From IMG/VR virus record IMGVR_UViG_3300044806_000236, positions 1-61,938 of that record: a stretch of 61,938 bases of DNA, one strand, 5' to 3'. Within the stretch, counting starts at the first letter, position 1; each line of letters opens with the position of its first letter. Below, piece after piece: positions 1-9,680 of the stretch. The position numbers and the translations under genes were made by a program. The notes under the pieces are model-generated. The model was not told the DNA's origin, ran no database searches, and worked only from the letters and a program-made list of their open reading frames with translations. The DNA comes from a virus. Taxonomy: Duplodnaviria; Caudoviricetes.

Positions 1-126
1 ATGAAAGATCGCATCTTCCCTGAATACAGCGACGCAGGGAACATCGACATCATTATCTTCTTTGCTATCGTTGCGTTCGCGTAGGCTTCTCTACTGGCAT
101 CGTCCGCCGGTACGGTCGTTTTTTTT
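1..126 (+). repeat. Terminal direct repeat (circular-assembly overlap), copy 1
   Basis: 1-126 is identical to 61805-61930 (ATGAAAGATCGC...CGGTCGTTTTTTTT). Confidence 0.95.
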
Positions 127-581
127 GGATACCCTACCGCAAGCGAGTCCATGCTTTCAGACAACGCAGGGTCATTGTCTTGCGTGCCTATGTCAGAAGG
201 GTTTTGGTAGCGAATGTACCCGAGGTAATCACCGGACGGGTTAATGTCCAGGAAGTGCCACTTGGCGGAATATGAACGGGTTGGGTTTCCTTCTCCCGGC
301 CAAGTGTATTCGAGCTGTCCGCTTTCCATATACGCCTTGACCGGACTTCTTTCTGGCGCTGAAGTTGGTAGCTGTTCGGTCACGTACTCGCACATTCCGC
401 CTCTTGTTCTTAGACGGGTCACTGAACCATCCGCATTCGTATTGAATCGCGTGGTAAAACTATTCGTATCAACGACAGACGCCCGCATCTGGCGCTCAAC
501 AGCAGAACCCATTGCGCCACCATCAGGGCGCGAATCGCTATGCCTTGTTGGTAGTACCTTGGATTTTTCGTCGTCGTTCAT
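1..581 (-). CDS. 5' part of a ~750-aa putative virion/tail protein spanning the circular junction (continues at 60133-61804)
   Basis: ATG at 581 overlaps the stop of 578..1438 (ATGA). Manual translation MNDDEKSKVLPTRH...KKIMMSMFPASLYSGK is open to base 1 and joins ORF 60133..61857 in frame. It is missing from the ORF track. Confidence 0.85.
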   Translation of the reverse strand, partial: MNDDEKSKVLPTRHSDSRPDGGAMGSAVERQMRASVVDTNSFTTRFNTNADGSVTRLRTRGGMCEYVTEQLPTSAPERSPVKAYMESGQLEYTWPGEGNPTRSYSAKWHFLDINPSGDYLGYIRYQNPSDIGTQDNDPALSESMDSLAVGYPKKTTVPADDASREAYANATIAKKIMMSMFPASLYSGKMRSF

Positions 582-1438
582 TGCAGCACGGACACTGAAA
601 GTTGTTTTGTCATGACATATGCGCAGTCCGCATTGACAAGATCATCGCCAAACGTACAACGGATGTATGGGTATAAAGGAATCCCGACCGCTCCACTGAT
701 TTGAATATCGCTGTACGCGCCAGCCGTTGCCGAGAAGACAACAGAAGGTGATACTACTCCGGCTATTCCGCACCCGTGCTTAAGCGAACCGGAAAACGAA
801 ACAGGAACGGTTATTGCTGCGCTCGCCGCTTTTTGGTGAACTGCTGTTGCAGAAAACACAGAACGAATCGTTGCTGAAACGCTGCCAACGAACCCTGTAA
901 TCACGGCAGAAGAAACGTAGGTCGGTATTGTGACTGCACCACGACCGTGCGTCACCACAAGACCGCTTCCAGAAACGGAAACAACAGGCCGGATCGCTGC
1001 CGTAACTGTCGGAAATACACTCGCTGTGGCGCTCACTCTGACCTTGGCAACAATGCTCGCAACCATCGGCATGTTTTGCGAGCAAAGCACCGTCATGTTT
1101 ACTGGAATAACAATTCCAGCAGTTCCTCGCACCGTCGTCCACGCCATTGACGAAACGGAAACTGTCGGCGCAACCAAACCGACCGCATAGGTTGGTATCG
1201 TTGATGTTGCGCTGAACGAAATTCCAGCCTCTACAACAACCGTTGCTACGCGTTCAACCTGGTCCGCACCGATCTGGACAACCAGATTAGGAACTTCTAT
1301 TGTTGCTGATCCACCTATGCCGTGCGCAGCAGTTATAGAAGCTACCGGGTCAAGCGCTATATCACCGACAAGATACACACCGCCAGAAGTAGCAGTGCTT
1401 CCGTAGGGTACTTGCCCGTAGGATAACGCGCCGTACAT
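578..1438 (-). CDS. Putative virion structural protein (Ala/Val/Ser/Thr-rich beta repeats)
   Basis: 286-aa ORF tightly packed in the late operon; starts MYGALSYGQVPYG. Confidence 0.6.
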   Translation of the reverse strand: MYGALSYGQVPYGSTATSGGVYLVGDIALDPVASITAAHGIGGSATIEVPNLVVQIGADQVERVATVVVEAGISFSATSTIPTYAVGLVAPTVSVSSMAWTTVRGTAGIVIPVNMTVLCSQNMPMVASIVAKVRVSATASVFPTVTAAIRPVVSVSGSGLVVTHGRGAVTIPTYVSSAVITGFVGSVSATIRSVFSATAVHQKAASAAITVPVSFSGSLKHGCGIAGVVSPSVVFSATAGAYSDIQISGAVGIPLYPYIRCTFGDDLVNADCAYVMTKQLSVSVLQ

Positions 1439-2512
1439 TTATGCGTACTGCCCGCCGGTTGCTGTGGTTCCTGCTGAATTGCCAGGAAGCAGCGTCGTGT
1501 TTCCGGTATAGGTTTGAATGACGCCGTTCATGCTCACCGCGAAACGAACGCCGGTTGCTGAACCGCTGTAGGTGTTATTGTACAGTTCCATTGCCCCACA
1601 GGTATCGCTCACTGCGTATGCAGTAGAAAAGTTCGGCGTACCAGTAATTGTTACAGTCTTGCTCGATATTCCTATCTGTCCTGTCTGGATGGACTGCGCA
1701 TGTATTGGCGCTGCGCCAACAATTGAATAGTTACCTGAAGCGGATACGTTTCCTCCGAAACTGGCCCGAATGTGTGCTGCTGTGGCACCGTTGAACTCTA
1801 CATTAGAGAACGAAAGCAGTCCGCCAGTTGTCGCGTACAGGCAAAAACTTGAAGAAGTGTTGATCCGTGCGTATTGCACCTTTAGAACAGCGTTTTTGAT
1901 AGCTGACATAGAACCGATTACAGTATTTGCTGGCGTTGATGTGTTTCCTTCAACAATCATTTCGCCGCCGCCAATAAGCGGCATCGCTAACGCCGCCGAT
2001 CCGGTGTACGTGCCGTCCGCAACTTTTGCCGTTACGCTGTAACCGCCTGTGTCTAGCAATACCGCAACGTCCATAGCTTTCTGGATAGTCAGGAACGCGC
2101 CGCCGGAAGCGTTAGTCAAGCCGGTATTCGAGTCGCTCCCATCCGTGCGAACATAGTACGTTCTCGCCGCAGTCAGCCTCTCACGAATCGAGCGGCCCTG
2201 TAACGCAGTCAAGGTGACAAACGCCCGTTTCGTTCCTGCTGCGAAATTCACCGCCGCATCGGAATTGCTGGAAGAAAGAACTGTCGTCCTGGTCAGCGTA
2301 TTCGCCGCGGAGTACGTGCCGATACCAACTTCCCAAGCACCAGAAGGCCCACCAGCGGCATCGACTTCCTTGATTGCGTAGTAGCACGTATCGCCAGTGC
2401 TGTAGCGGCTCGCAAAGGTAGAGAATCCGGTAATCGCCCCGGCAAGCGTGAAGTTTCCCGTACCAGTTGTGGTACTGGACTCCATTACATTGTCGAATAG
2501 TTTGAAGGCCAT
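1439..2512 (-). CDS. Putative tail fiber/tailspike protein
   Basis: N-terminus DNVMESSTTTGTGNFTLAGA...WEVGIGTY...LTRTTVLSSSN is typical of phage fiber heads. YYVRTDGSDSNTG...FLTIQKA is followed by a beta-helix-like region. Confidence 0.75.
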   Translation of the reverse strand: MAFKLFDNVMESSTTTGTGNFTLAGAITGFSTFASRYSTGDTCYYAIKEVDAAGGPSGAWEVGIGTYSAANTLTRTTVLSSSNSDAAVNFAAGTKRAFVTLTALQGRSIRERLTAARTYYVRTDGSDSNTGLTNASGGAFLTIQKAMDVAVLLDTGGYSVTAKVADGTYTGSAALAMPLIGGGEMIVEGNTSTPANTVIGSMSAIKNAVLKVQYARINTSSSFCLYATTGGLLSFSNVEFNGATAAHIRASFGGNVSASGNYSIVGAAPIHAQSIQTGQIGISSKTVTITGTPNFSTAYAVSDTCGAMELYNNTYSGSATGVRFAVSMNGVIQTYTGNTTLLPGNSAGTTATGGQYA

Positions 2513-2521
2513 GACGCCTCC

Positions 2522-2932
2522 TTACAGCGTGACGGTCAGGGCGCTGATGAGCAAGGGGCCGCCGATAACTACAGAGGTCGTGTTCATCTGCATGGAGCCG
2601 CCACCGCCAGTAGCAGTAATGTCGACGTCCATGACAACCGTTCCGGTGCTGTCGGCAATTCGCGCCCACGCTGCGGTCCCGGTAGCATCGGCCGACGAGT
2701 CTTGCGTAATTGCGGAAGCGGTGAATACACCGCCTGACGCGCTCGCCCCGGACGGATCAGAGAACGTCAAAGTACCGAGTAAAACCTGAGCAGCGATTGC
2801 GTCAGAAGGGAGGGTCGCCATCGGAGACGTGTAAACTTTGATGGTGCCTGCACCAGAACCAGCGTCGATTGCGTCTTTGACTGGGGTGAGCATGGAGTTC
2901 TTGAGGGTGGTTGCGATACGGACGATTGCCAT
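2522..2932 (-). CDS. Small virion structural protein (fiber-associated type)
   Basis: 136 aa with GTIKVY...LGTLTFSDP...DSSADATGTAAWARI; AGGAGC RBS; precedes the fiber gene. Confidence 0.65.
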   Translation of the reverse strand: MAIVRIATTLKNSMLTPVKDAIDAGSGAGTIKVYTSPMATLPSDAIAAQVLLGTLTFSDPSGASASGGVFTASAITQDSSADATGTAAWARIADSTGTVVMDVDITATGGGGSMQMNTTSVVIGGPLLISALTVTL

Positions 2933-2943
2933 GATGCTGCTCC

Positions 2944-3426
2944 TTACGTGGGTGTGTGCGCAGCGCGCGATGGTTTATTGTTGATGGAAAGAGTCTCCTG
3001 CATGTGGCCGGAAACGACGGATTCAGTTGAGTGGTTGGCGAAGACGTGAAACTGCTCGACGCTTGCGTGCAAGGATTCATTTCCCGTAACTGCGTAAGCA
3101 ACGCGCGTTTCCTTGAGTTGCTTTGGTGCGGCCTGCCTGACCTGACGCTGCGGCTTGTCTGCCGTTACCGCCCTGCGCGGCATGACAACCAGCGTTTGAT
3201 CGCCAGCCTGCGCGCGGATGACATCGACGGAATCAATGGCCGACAGGTTGTTGCGCTCGGCAACGGCGACGATGCGCTCGACCACCTCCATCGCATAGAC
3301 CGATTGCAGGACGTGACGAACATAGACGCGCTGCGCTCCGGTGAGGTCGAAGTACGGGACTTCGAGCAGGAACATCCATGAATCCGTGCTGAACGAGTCC
3401 AGCGAGAATGAATCCTCATGGAACAA
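2944..3426 (-). CDS. Hypothetical protein, tail module
   Basis: 160-aa ORF overlapping the upstream stop. Confidence 0.55.
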   Translation of the reverse strand: MFHEDSFSLDSFSTDSWMFLLEVPYFDLTGAQRVYVRHVLQSVYAMEVVERIVAVAERNNLSAIDSVDVIRAQAGDQTLVVMPRRAVTADKPQRQVRQAAPKQLKETRVAYAVTGNESLHASVEQFHVFANHSTESVVSGHMQETLSINNKPSRAAHTPT

Positions 3427-4246
3427 GGTGCGACCTCCACTTATTCCCTGTTGATCCGTCGCCGATTACCTGCTCGTCGTTCTGCTCTTTGATGTTGGCG
3501 TGGATCGGTGTGATCTGTGCGGCCGCCAGAATTGCAGCAGCGATTTCGACGGCAGTTGGATATGAACCCGGTGCGCTAGGGATGGACAGAACCAGCGCAT
3601 CAGCAAAATGTGCATGGATTGACTCTGAAATTGACAGCAAACTATCAAGAGTCAGCGCAATCCCATCTGCACTGTGTCCATGAAACGCATCGCTGATTGC
3701 CAGGCTGGCGCTGCCGGCCGTGCTGAGGCCGATGTTGTCGGCAAGATGGGCGTGAATGGCGTCGGCAATGGCCAAGTAGGCCGCTGCACTCAACGACACG
3801 CCATCAGCCGTGTGCGCGTGCATCGAGTCCTGAACCGATAACGATGTGCTGTCAGTTGTTCCTAGCGTCAGGTTGTCGGCGATATGCGCGTGCAAGGCGC
3901 TGGCGATGAGGAGCGAAGTAGCGGCAGCACCGAAAGTATCCGTAACCGTTGCTACGCCTTGATCCACCCCTGTCTTGAACACCCGGTACTGCCACGTCCA
4001 CACGCCATCGGCGGCGCCGGTATGGGTGAATGTAGCGTCAGGGTAGATTGTGACCGTGCCGCTGCTTGGCGGGGTTTCCACTCGCCAGTAATACTCGCCA
4101 GCAGGGTCTAGCGTGTCATTGACGAGCGGGCTTCCACCGCTGTCACCTGTGGTTGAAATGTCCGCGCCGAAGATACCGAATCCAGCATACTTTTTGACCG
4201 TATGCGCCCCGGTGATTGGCGCGGTGGCGGAGACTATGTGGCTCAT
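3416..4246 (-). CDS. Putative virion protein with five HxHxAD repeats
   Basis: Start revised to ATG 4246 (ATGA overlap). Repeats: LHAHIAD, MHAHTAD, IHAHLAD, FHGHSAD, IHAHFAD. Confidence 0.65.
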   Translation of the reverse strand: MSHIVSATAPITGAHTVKKYAGFGIFGADISTTGDSGGSPLVNDTLDPAGEYYWRVETPPSSGTVTIYPDATFTHTGAADGVWTWQYRVFKTGVDQGVATVTDTFGAAATSLLIASALHAHIADNLTLGTTDSTSLSVQDSMHAHTADGVSLSAAAYLAIADAIHAHLADNIGLSTAGSASLAISDAFHGHSADGIALTLDSLLSISESIHAHFADALVLSIPSAPGSYPTAVEIAAAILAAAQITPIHANIKEQNDEQVIGDGSTGNKWRSHLVP

Positions 4247-5787
4247 GTATTGGTCGCTGCGTAGTCCCACACGCCAAGGCTACCGTCAGCAAATAGCGTA
4301 GTGACCCGGTATGTCGTGCCGCTGGTGATGCTTGCATCCTTGACCACACAAACGCCGGTTGTATCATGCGTTGTCTGCCCGGACTTGCGAACGACTAGCG
4401 CCCCAGTGGCGATATTGTGAATATCGACCTGCACGCCGGTTTCGCTGGTTTTTAGATTGCCGGTGCCCCAATCCCTGACCGCCGGAATCGTGATTGTGCC
4501 AATCAACAGCGTCGGACTGGCCGACAGTGCAGGGGTGGATTTATTCCCCGCTGCGTCGTAGGCGCGAACCTCGAATGTATCCGTGCTGCCGGGTGTGCGG
4601 GCGCTGATACCAATCGTCAGCACATTACCGGCATCGACCCACGAGCCTGCATTCAGCCGGTATTCGTAGCCCGTCACTGCCACGTTATCGCTACCGGAAG
4701 GCCATGTTGCGGTGTAGCTTGTCGTCGTCTTTGAGGAGATCGTGATCGAACCAGTCAGCGTCGGTACAGTCGTATCTGCCGAGCCGGTCGTGAATTGCGC
4801 CGACGTGGCCACGGTCGAGTTGTTTGTCGCCGCGTCCTTATGCTGGAAGTGCGCGTAGTAAGCTGTGGCCGATGTCAGCCCAGTGATGCTGAAGGTCTTC
4901 GCGCCCGTGCTGGATACCGCCTGATTGCCCGACCAGACCGCTGCTGCGCCAGTGTGATCCTGTCCTGCCTGAATCTGTGCCGCGCTCGGCGCAGTCGCCG
5001 ATGCGCTAACGACACTATACAGCGTGCCGTTGCCTTCATCGGTCGTGACGTTGCCGGTGCCGGTCGTCGTGCCTACTGAGGTGACTGATGGGCTGGTTAT
5101 GGTGGGTGCTGTTGAATCTCCTGACGAAACCAGCGCAAACGCATTGCTCGCCCCGAGCGAATCATGCAGGTCTGCTATTTCGGTGGAATTAAGAATCTTG
5201 TTGAATACTGCAATCCAGACAATATCTGCCGTGATTGAAGAAAAGCCCGAAGAACCACCAATTGCAGAAAGCTCTGCCGCCCCTGAGTTGTAACCGAGTC
5301 CGGCACCTGAGCCGATAGACGTTTTGTCAAGATAGACTTGGTTCGCTGTTTCGCCAGTTCGCGTAAATGCAATTGAGTGCGCTGTTCCCGTGGTTGCATC
5401 GCCCGTATATCCAACAACCGCATCAGCAACCCCGCGAGAAGCAATAACGCTTGTTTCATTGATGCCCACGCTAGGACCAGCAACGCCAGAGATTAGATGC
5501 CCGTATCCAGTATTCGCGCCTGCTGAGTTAATGACAACGAAAACCGTTGTGTTTGGATTTGACGAAGTATTGACCGCAATCGCAGGAGAAAACGTCGCCC
5601 CCTTTGATGTGTAGCCAGCTTCTAAGCTGTGGAATGCCTCGCCATAGGTGCCAGAGGTATAGCTTGCATCCGTGTGTTTGGTGAATGTTCGCGCCGTCTT
5701 GTGCGAGACAAGCGCACCAGACTGTACGCCAATCAGTTCAACAAGGTTTGCGTAAAGGGCGTGTCCGGTGTTGAGTGTGTAGGCCAT
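4243..5787 (-). CDS. Virion adhesion protein: LamG/ConA-like plus two FnIII/Ig-like domains
   Basis: WIAVFNKILNSTEI is a LamG-like end. DSTAPTIT and DTTVPTL...SDNVAVTGYEY...FEVRAYDAAGNKS are fibronectin-III signatures. Confidence 0.75.
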   Translation of the reverse strand: MAYTLNTGHALYANLVELIGVQSGALVSHKTARTFTKHTDASYTSGTYGEAFHSLEAGYTSKGATFSPAIAVNTSSNPNTTVFVVINSAGANTGYGHLISGVAGPSVGINETSVIASRGVADAVVGYTGDATTGTAHSIAFTRTGETANQVYLDKTSIGSGAGLGYNSGAAELSAIGGSSGFSSITADIVWIAVFNKILNSTEIADLHDSLGASNAFALVSSGDSTAPTITSPSVTSVGTTTGTGNVTTDEGNGTLYSVVSASATAPSAAQIQAGQDHTGAAAVWSGNQAVSSTGAKTFSITGLTSATAYYAHFQHKDAATNNSTVATSAQFTTGSADTTVPTLTGSITISSKTTTSYTATWPSGSDNVAVTGYEYRLNAGSWVDAGNVLTIGISARTPGSTDTFEVRAYDAAGNKSTPALSASPTLLIGTITIPAVRDWGTGNLKTSETGVQVDIHNIATGALVVRKSGQTTHDTTGVCVVKDASITSGTTYRVTTLFADGSLGVWDYAATNT

Positions 5788-5789
5788 TG

Positions 5790-7181
5790 TTATGCTCTCG
5801 GATCAGTCCAGCCGGTCGGCTTGAATAGCCAGATATTTCCGGCGGTGTTGCCTTGCAGCCCGATGTAACAATCTAGATCAGGCGCTAACTTCCACTTGCC
5901 ATGTACGCCGCTATCCTCGCCGATTACTGTCATTTCGGCGGCCAGTGCAGGGCGTGGGGATGCTGGATCGGCAAGTTTAATCACAACCCAACCGCTCATT
6001 GGTGTTGGATCACCGGCAGGAACCGTGATCGCCCACAACTTCCCGCCGCGACTCCATGCCACGAAATAGCCGCGATTTGCGTCATAAAGTAGGCCCATGC
6101 CTTGCAGGGATTCGGCGAGGAATTCTGTCGCGCCTGCGCCAGTAAATCCGGCAGCAGGCACCCGGAAGTTTTGATTGGTCGGGCCTGCGTATTTCAGATC
6201 CCACCCGTAAATCGGATAGGTCGCATCGCCGAGATAAGCAAAGACGTTGTGCGCCGTGTCGAGGGCTGCGCCAGCATCGCTTGAGATGTTATTCAACGAC
6301 TGCCCTACTTTAGCAACCACATCTGTCGATGCGTTGCCGGCTTCGGAATACTCAATCCGTAACAAGTTGGGGGAAGTCCCCCCGCCAAATCGACCGGAGA
6401 CATAGACGACATCCTTTCCCCCTTCTTCGGCATAGACTGCCTGACCATTGACATGGGAAAAATCGTAGGTGATATGACTTGGGTTCGCCAGCAGGTAATC
6501 GCGCGCATACCACGCATTTGCGCCAGGCAAATCAACGCCGACCGTGGTGTTGCGATGCACGTTTGAGCTGGTGATGCCGCCGACATGGCCCTGCCCGGAC
6601 AATGCCATGTCAAGTGTGTAGCCCCCCGGCAATCCGCGAAGAATTGAATCCCCATCACGAACCACGAACGACGCGCCGCTGCTGTGAGCGGCTCCGCCAA
6701 AAGTCAGGAAACGATTGATCTTCGGAAGATAGACATTGTTGCTGTAAGTGTGCGACGAGATCGGCGAGTGTAAGTCACCATCAGCGTTCACATACCCGGA
6801 CACGGCGTTATAGACCACATTTGATGAATGAAACGCCAGCGCCCAATTGCGGCTTACACCATCCCACTCGAAGACATAATTTCCGGAGCTATTGGCGTGA
6901 CCGCCGCCCCATATTACCAGTCGGTGGTTTCTGCTATCCCACCCAAACCCGGACCATGCGAGAATTACTGTCGCCGGATTGCTGACCCCGGACATGTAGT
7001 CTGGGCAGTAGTCGCTGGCCGGGAATACGCTTTGAATGCTATTTATGTTGACGTTAATCCAGCTTTCGGGCGTGGCGGCAGAAATCAGGTCAAGCAGGGC
7101 CGCATGCGGAAACTGCGTTCGTCCAGCAGCAATGGTGCCGCCGGATGCGCAGGAATAGGAGTCGGCAGAAGGCGTTGTCAT
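5790..7181 (-). CDS. Putative beta-propeller (Kelch-like) virion protein
   Basis: WSGFGWD..LVIWGGGH, PISSHTY and FLTFGGA blade-like motifs. Confidence 0.6.
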   Translation of the reverse strand: MTTPSADSYSCASGGTIAAGRTQFPHAALLDLISAATPESWINVNINSIQSVFPASDYCPDYMSGVSNPATVILAWSGFGWDSRNHRLVIWGGGHANSSGNYVFEWDGVSRNWALAFHSSNVVYNAVSGYVNADGDLHSPISSHTYSNNVYLPKINRFLTFGGAAHSSGASFVVRDGDSILRGLPGGYTLDMALSGQGHVGGITSSNVHRNTTVGVDLPGANAWYARDYLLANPSHITYDFSHVNGQAVYAEEGGKDVVYVSGRFGGGTSPNLLRIEYSEAGNASTDVVAKVGQSLNNISSDAGAALDTAHNVFAYLGDATYPIYGWDLKYAGPTNQNFRVPAAGFTGAGATEFLAESLQGMGLLYDANRGYFVAWSRGGKLWAITVPAGDPTPMSGWVVIKLADPASPRPALAAEMTVIGEDSGVHGKWKLAPDLDCYIGLQGNTAGNIWLFKPTGWTDPRA

Positions 7182-7555
7182 TAAGTCGGGTCAGCGATTT
7201 CAATGTCCCAAGCTGGGAAATTGACGGTGTTTGAGGCATTGGCGGTCAGGGCTTGCGAGGAGCAGGTTGTGACATAGAGCAGTCGCGTACCATCCACTAG
7301 CGCAACATGCGTTGCTGTGCCACTGGTATCAATCAGAACCGTGGACTTGGCAGCGACAGTCACCTTGCGTCCGCTGACATCACCGTTTGCCTTGGTGTAG
7401 TCCGTATTCACCGTCATCGCCACATCAGCCAGGGCGTAGGTAGTAACCGCCTCGGTTCGTGACGTAGGTTGAGCCGAACAGGCAATCATCAGGTTCGCTT
7501 GGTCAAGAACGGCGAACGCCCCGTCAAGCACATCATCATGTACGGTTTTAGCCAT
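7181..7555 (-). CDS. Small virion structural protein
   Basis: 124 aa with GDVSGRKVTVAA...SGTATHVALVD...FPAWDIEIADP; AGGAG RBS. Confidence 0.65.
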   Translation of the reverse strand: MAKTVHDDVLDGAFAVLDQANLMIACSAQPTSRTEAVTTYALADVAMTVNTDYTKANGDVSGRKVTVAAKSTVLIDTSGTATHVALVDGTRLLYVTTCSSQALTANASNTVNFPAWDIEIADPT

Positions 7556-7763
7556 TGCTGTCTCCTACTCCAATGTTGATTTTATCCACGACAAGATCGG
7601 CGGATGCCTGCTTAGGTTTGCCCGTTGCCACTCGTCCGGCCATATCTTCAGCCCAACCGACGGAAACCGCATGAAGTCCTGTTTCATCAGGAATTTCCCG
7701 AACTTCATCTTTCGAGAAACGATCACGGCCATCCATAAACGTGTTCAATACTTTGATTCTCAT
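7548..7763 (-). CDS. Hypothetical protein
   Basis: Likely start MRIKVLNTF at 7763 with AAGGA RBS. Confidence 0.6.
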   Translation of the reverse strand: MRIKVLNTFMDGRDRFSKDEVREIPDETGLHAVSVGWAEDMAGRVATGKPKQASADLVVDKINIGVGDSNG

Positions 7764-7863
7764 GGTTAATCCTTTTGCATACAATTGAATTATTCAAACC
7801 CGGATGAATTCCGGTACTGCTTACGACATAAGACGTCGCTCTTTCTAGTAACGATGTATTCGT

Positions 7864-8502
7864 TCATGGCGTCACCACTTCATCGCCAACCGTTACCGGA
7901 GATGGCGCAATGATGGAATCGACCTTTCCGGTCGAGGATTCGCCTTCAACTTCCCAAATTCCCTTGCTCCACGCCAGGTCTTCCGTCACAGAAGCGGGGA
8001 TTTCGATGGTGATGGTCTTGGTCGCATTGTCGGCAACAGCGGTAATCAGGTTCAGCGGCGTATCCCCCGCTTCGGTCGAGAGCAATACGGTGCCGCCAAC
8101 CTTGTCCTTTACCTTCACTCGGATTGCGTAGCCGGCCAGGTCTTTCGGCGTGTGATACTGCACGAAACCATTTGAGGTGTAGGCTGCCCACTCACGCCCA
8201 TCGGTGACGGGAACAAGCCCGTTGTACTCGATGGTGCTGGCGTCGATCACCGTGGTTTCACGGTAATCGCTTTGGCGCGGAGTATCGTTAGGCGCATTGA
8301 TCTGTTTCGGTGCATCGACGCGGACAACTGCTGATCTCCAACCATCAACCAGGCCGTGACTTGCTACGGTAAGGCGCGGAAATCCGGTCGCAAAGCTGAT
8401 CGCACTGATCGCCTTCGAGACAATCGGCGTTTCCTGCTCCCACCGTATAACGAGCGAAAACGTCTTCCCGCGAACAAGTGTAATCGGATGACTTTTTGCC
8501 AT
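7864..8502 (-). CDS. Putative tail/fiber attachment protein
   Basis: ITLVRGKTFS...PKDLAGYAIRVKVK...WSKGIWEVE pattern seen in fiber adaptor proteins. Confidence 0.55.
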   Translation of the reverse strand: MAKSHPITLVRGKTFSLVIRWEQETPIVSKAISAISFATGFPRLTVASHGLVDGWRSAVVRVDAPKQINAPNDTPRQSDYRETTVIDASTIEYNGLVPVTDGREWAAYTSNGFVQYHTPKDLAGYAIRVKVKDKVGGTVLLSTEAGDTPLNLITAVADNATKTITIEIPASVTEDLAWSKGIWEVEGESSTGKVDSIIAPSPVTVGDEVVTP

Positions 8503-8891
8503 TACTTTCTCCCGTTCCTGTTGCCGCTCATGTCACCAGTGCCAGCCGCTGGCAGGTTGCTGCTGCTGAACAAAGCTCCCTCGATGCGGGACAGCCTTGT
8601 CTCGTCGGTAAGCTGGTGGATTCGGCTGATTTCGGAAGAGGTTTCGATCATGCGTTCGATCCTGGCCAACTGCGAAGAGAACACTTCAACCTTCGTCGCC
8701 GTATTCTGGACAGTCAGGTACGCGCCGCCAGCGGCAGACAGCACGCCGACGACAAGTGCAGTCATGATTGTCTGCGTGTTGACCAGCTTCGGCGCGGTCA
8801 TGCCGAACATCACGAACTGATAGATGTTCTCGCGCATGTTGGCGTTGAGTTTTGCGAGCCACGGAAGGCCGTCGAGTGCGTGGTCAATCAT
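8502..8891 (-). CDS. Membrane-anchored coiled-coil hypothetical protein
   Basis: One hydrophobic segment followed by heptads; coupled to neighbours. Confidence 0.55.
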   Translation of the reverse strand: MIDHALDGLPWLAKLNANMRENIYQFVMFGMTAPKLVNTQTIMTALVVGVLSAAGGAYLTVQNTATKVEVFSSQLARIERMIETSSEISRIHQLTDETRLSRIEGALFSSSNLPAAGTGDMSGNRNGRK

Positions 8892-9222
8892 TTGAACCTA
8901 CCGATTTGTGTGGAAAATATATGTCCGCGAGCGCCTGTTCCTTGGTCGCCCATCGCTTGACGGAGACAATCTTGAAGTGCGTCACCACGTAATGCCCTGC
9001 GAAGGCGATTACAAAGTCGTCCTTGCTCCATCGCCGGCCCTTTGGCGGGCGGTACTCGATTGAGCGAAACTTTCGCAGCCCCATGCGCTCGGCGTGCCCG
9101 AAGTGCGGAATCAGCCCGTAAAATGCGTGACTGCGGCGCAACCAGACATACGTTTTCCCGTGCGACAGTAGCCAAAGCCACATCGCAACGATCCAACAAT
9201 TTAGGCGTGCTCGCTTGGACAT
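8884..9222 (-). CDS. Hypothetical protein
   Basis: 112-aa ORF abutting neighbours. Confidence 0.55.
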   Translation of the reverse strand: MSKRARLNCWIVAMWLWLLSHGKTYVWLRRSHAFYGLIPHFGHAERMGLRKFRSIEYRPPKGRRWSKDDFVIAFAGHYVVTHFKIVSVKRWATKEQALADIYFPHKSVGSND

Positions 9223-9468
9223 TCATTCTTTGTCTTTCGCAATGGCGGCACTGATATGCTCGACAGCGTCCATCAGGCATTTCCGCGCCAGAGATAGCTC
9301 GAACGCTGGCATCTTCAGCACGTCCTCGGCAAACCGAGAATTTTCGATGTTGTCGGGCAAATCCTTCACGTCCTGACGCTCTGCATCGAGGATCGCAGTG
9401 AGTTGGCTCGTCGCGGCTTCTACGGACATGCCGATTTGTTCAAGGCCGGCTCTACGGACTTCGTTCAT
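9223..9468 (-). CDS. Hypothetical protein
   Basis: ATGA coupling with the upstream gene. Confidence 0.55.
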   Translation of the reverse strand: MNEVRRAGLEQIGMSVEAATSQLTAILDAERQDVKDLPDNIENSRFAEDVLKMPAFELSLARKCLMDAVEHISAAIAKDKE

Positions 9469-9680
9469 TGTGGCCTCGCTTTATTTTCGTCAAGGCGGTG
9501 GTCGCCGCACCAATCATTTACAAACACGACGGGGAATCCGCCCATTGTCGGGCAGTGCCTCCGGCAGCGACCCAAGTCATAAACCTCTGGCGACGGTGGT
9601 TCCTGCGCAACCTTCGGCACAAACCACATACACGTTTTGCACTTCATGTTGTCGCTACGATGAATCCAAGGGTCATTCAT
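9465..9680 (-). CDS. Small Cys-rich protein
   Basis: CKTC...GRCRRHCP...DWCGDH motif; GAGGA RBS. Confidence 0.65.
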   Translation of the reverse strand: MNDPWIHRSDNMKCKTCMWFVPKVAQEPPSPEVYDLGRCRRHCPTMGGFPVVFVNDWCGDHRLDENKARPQ

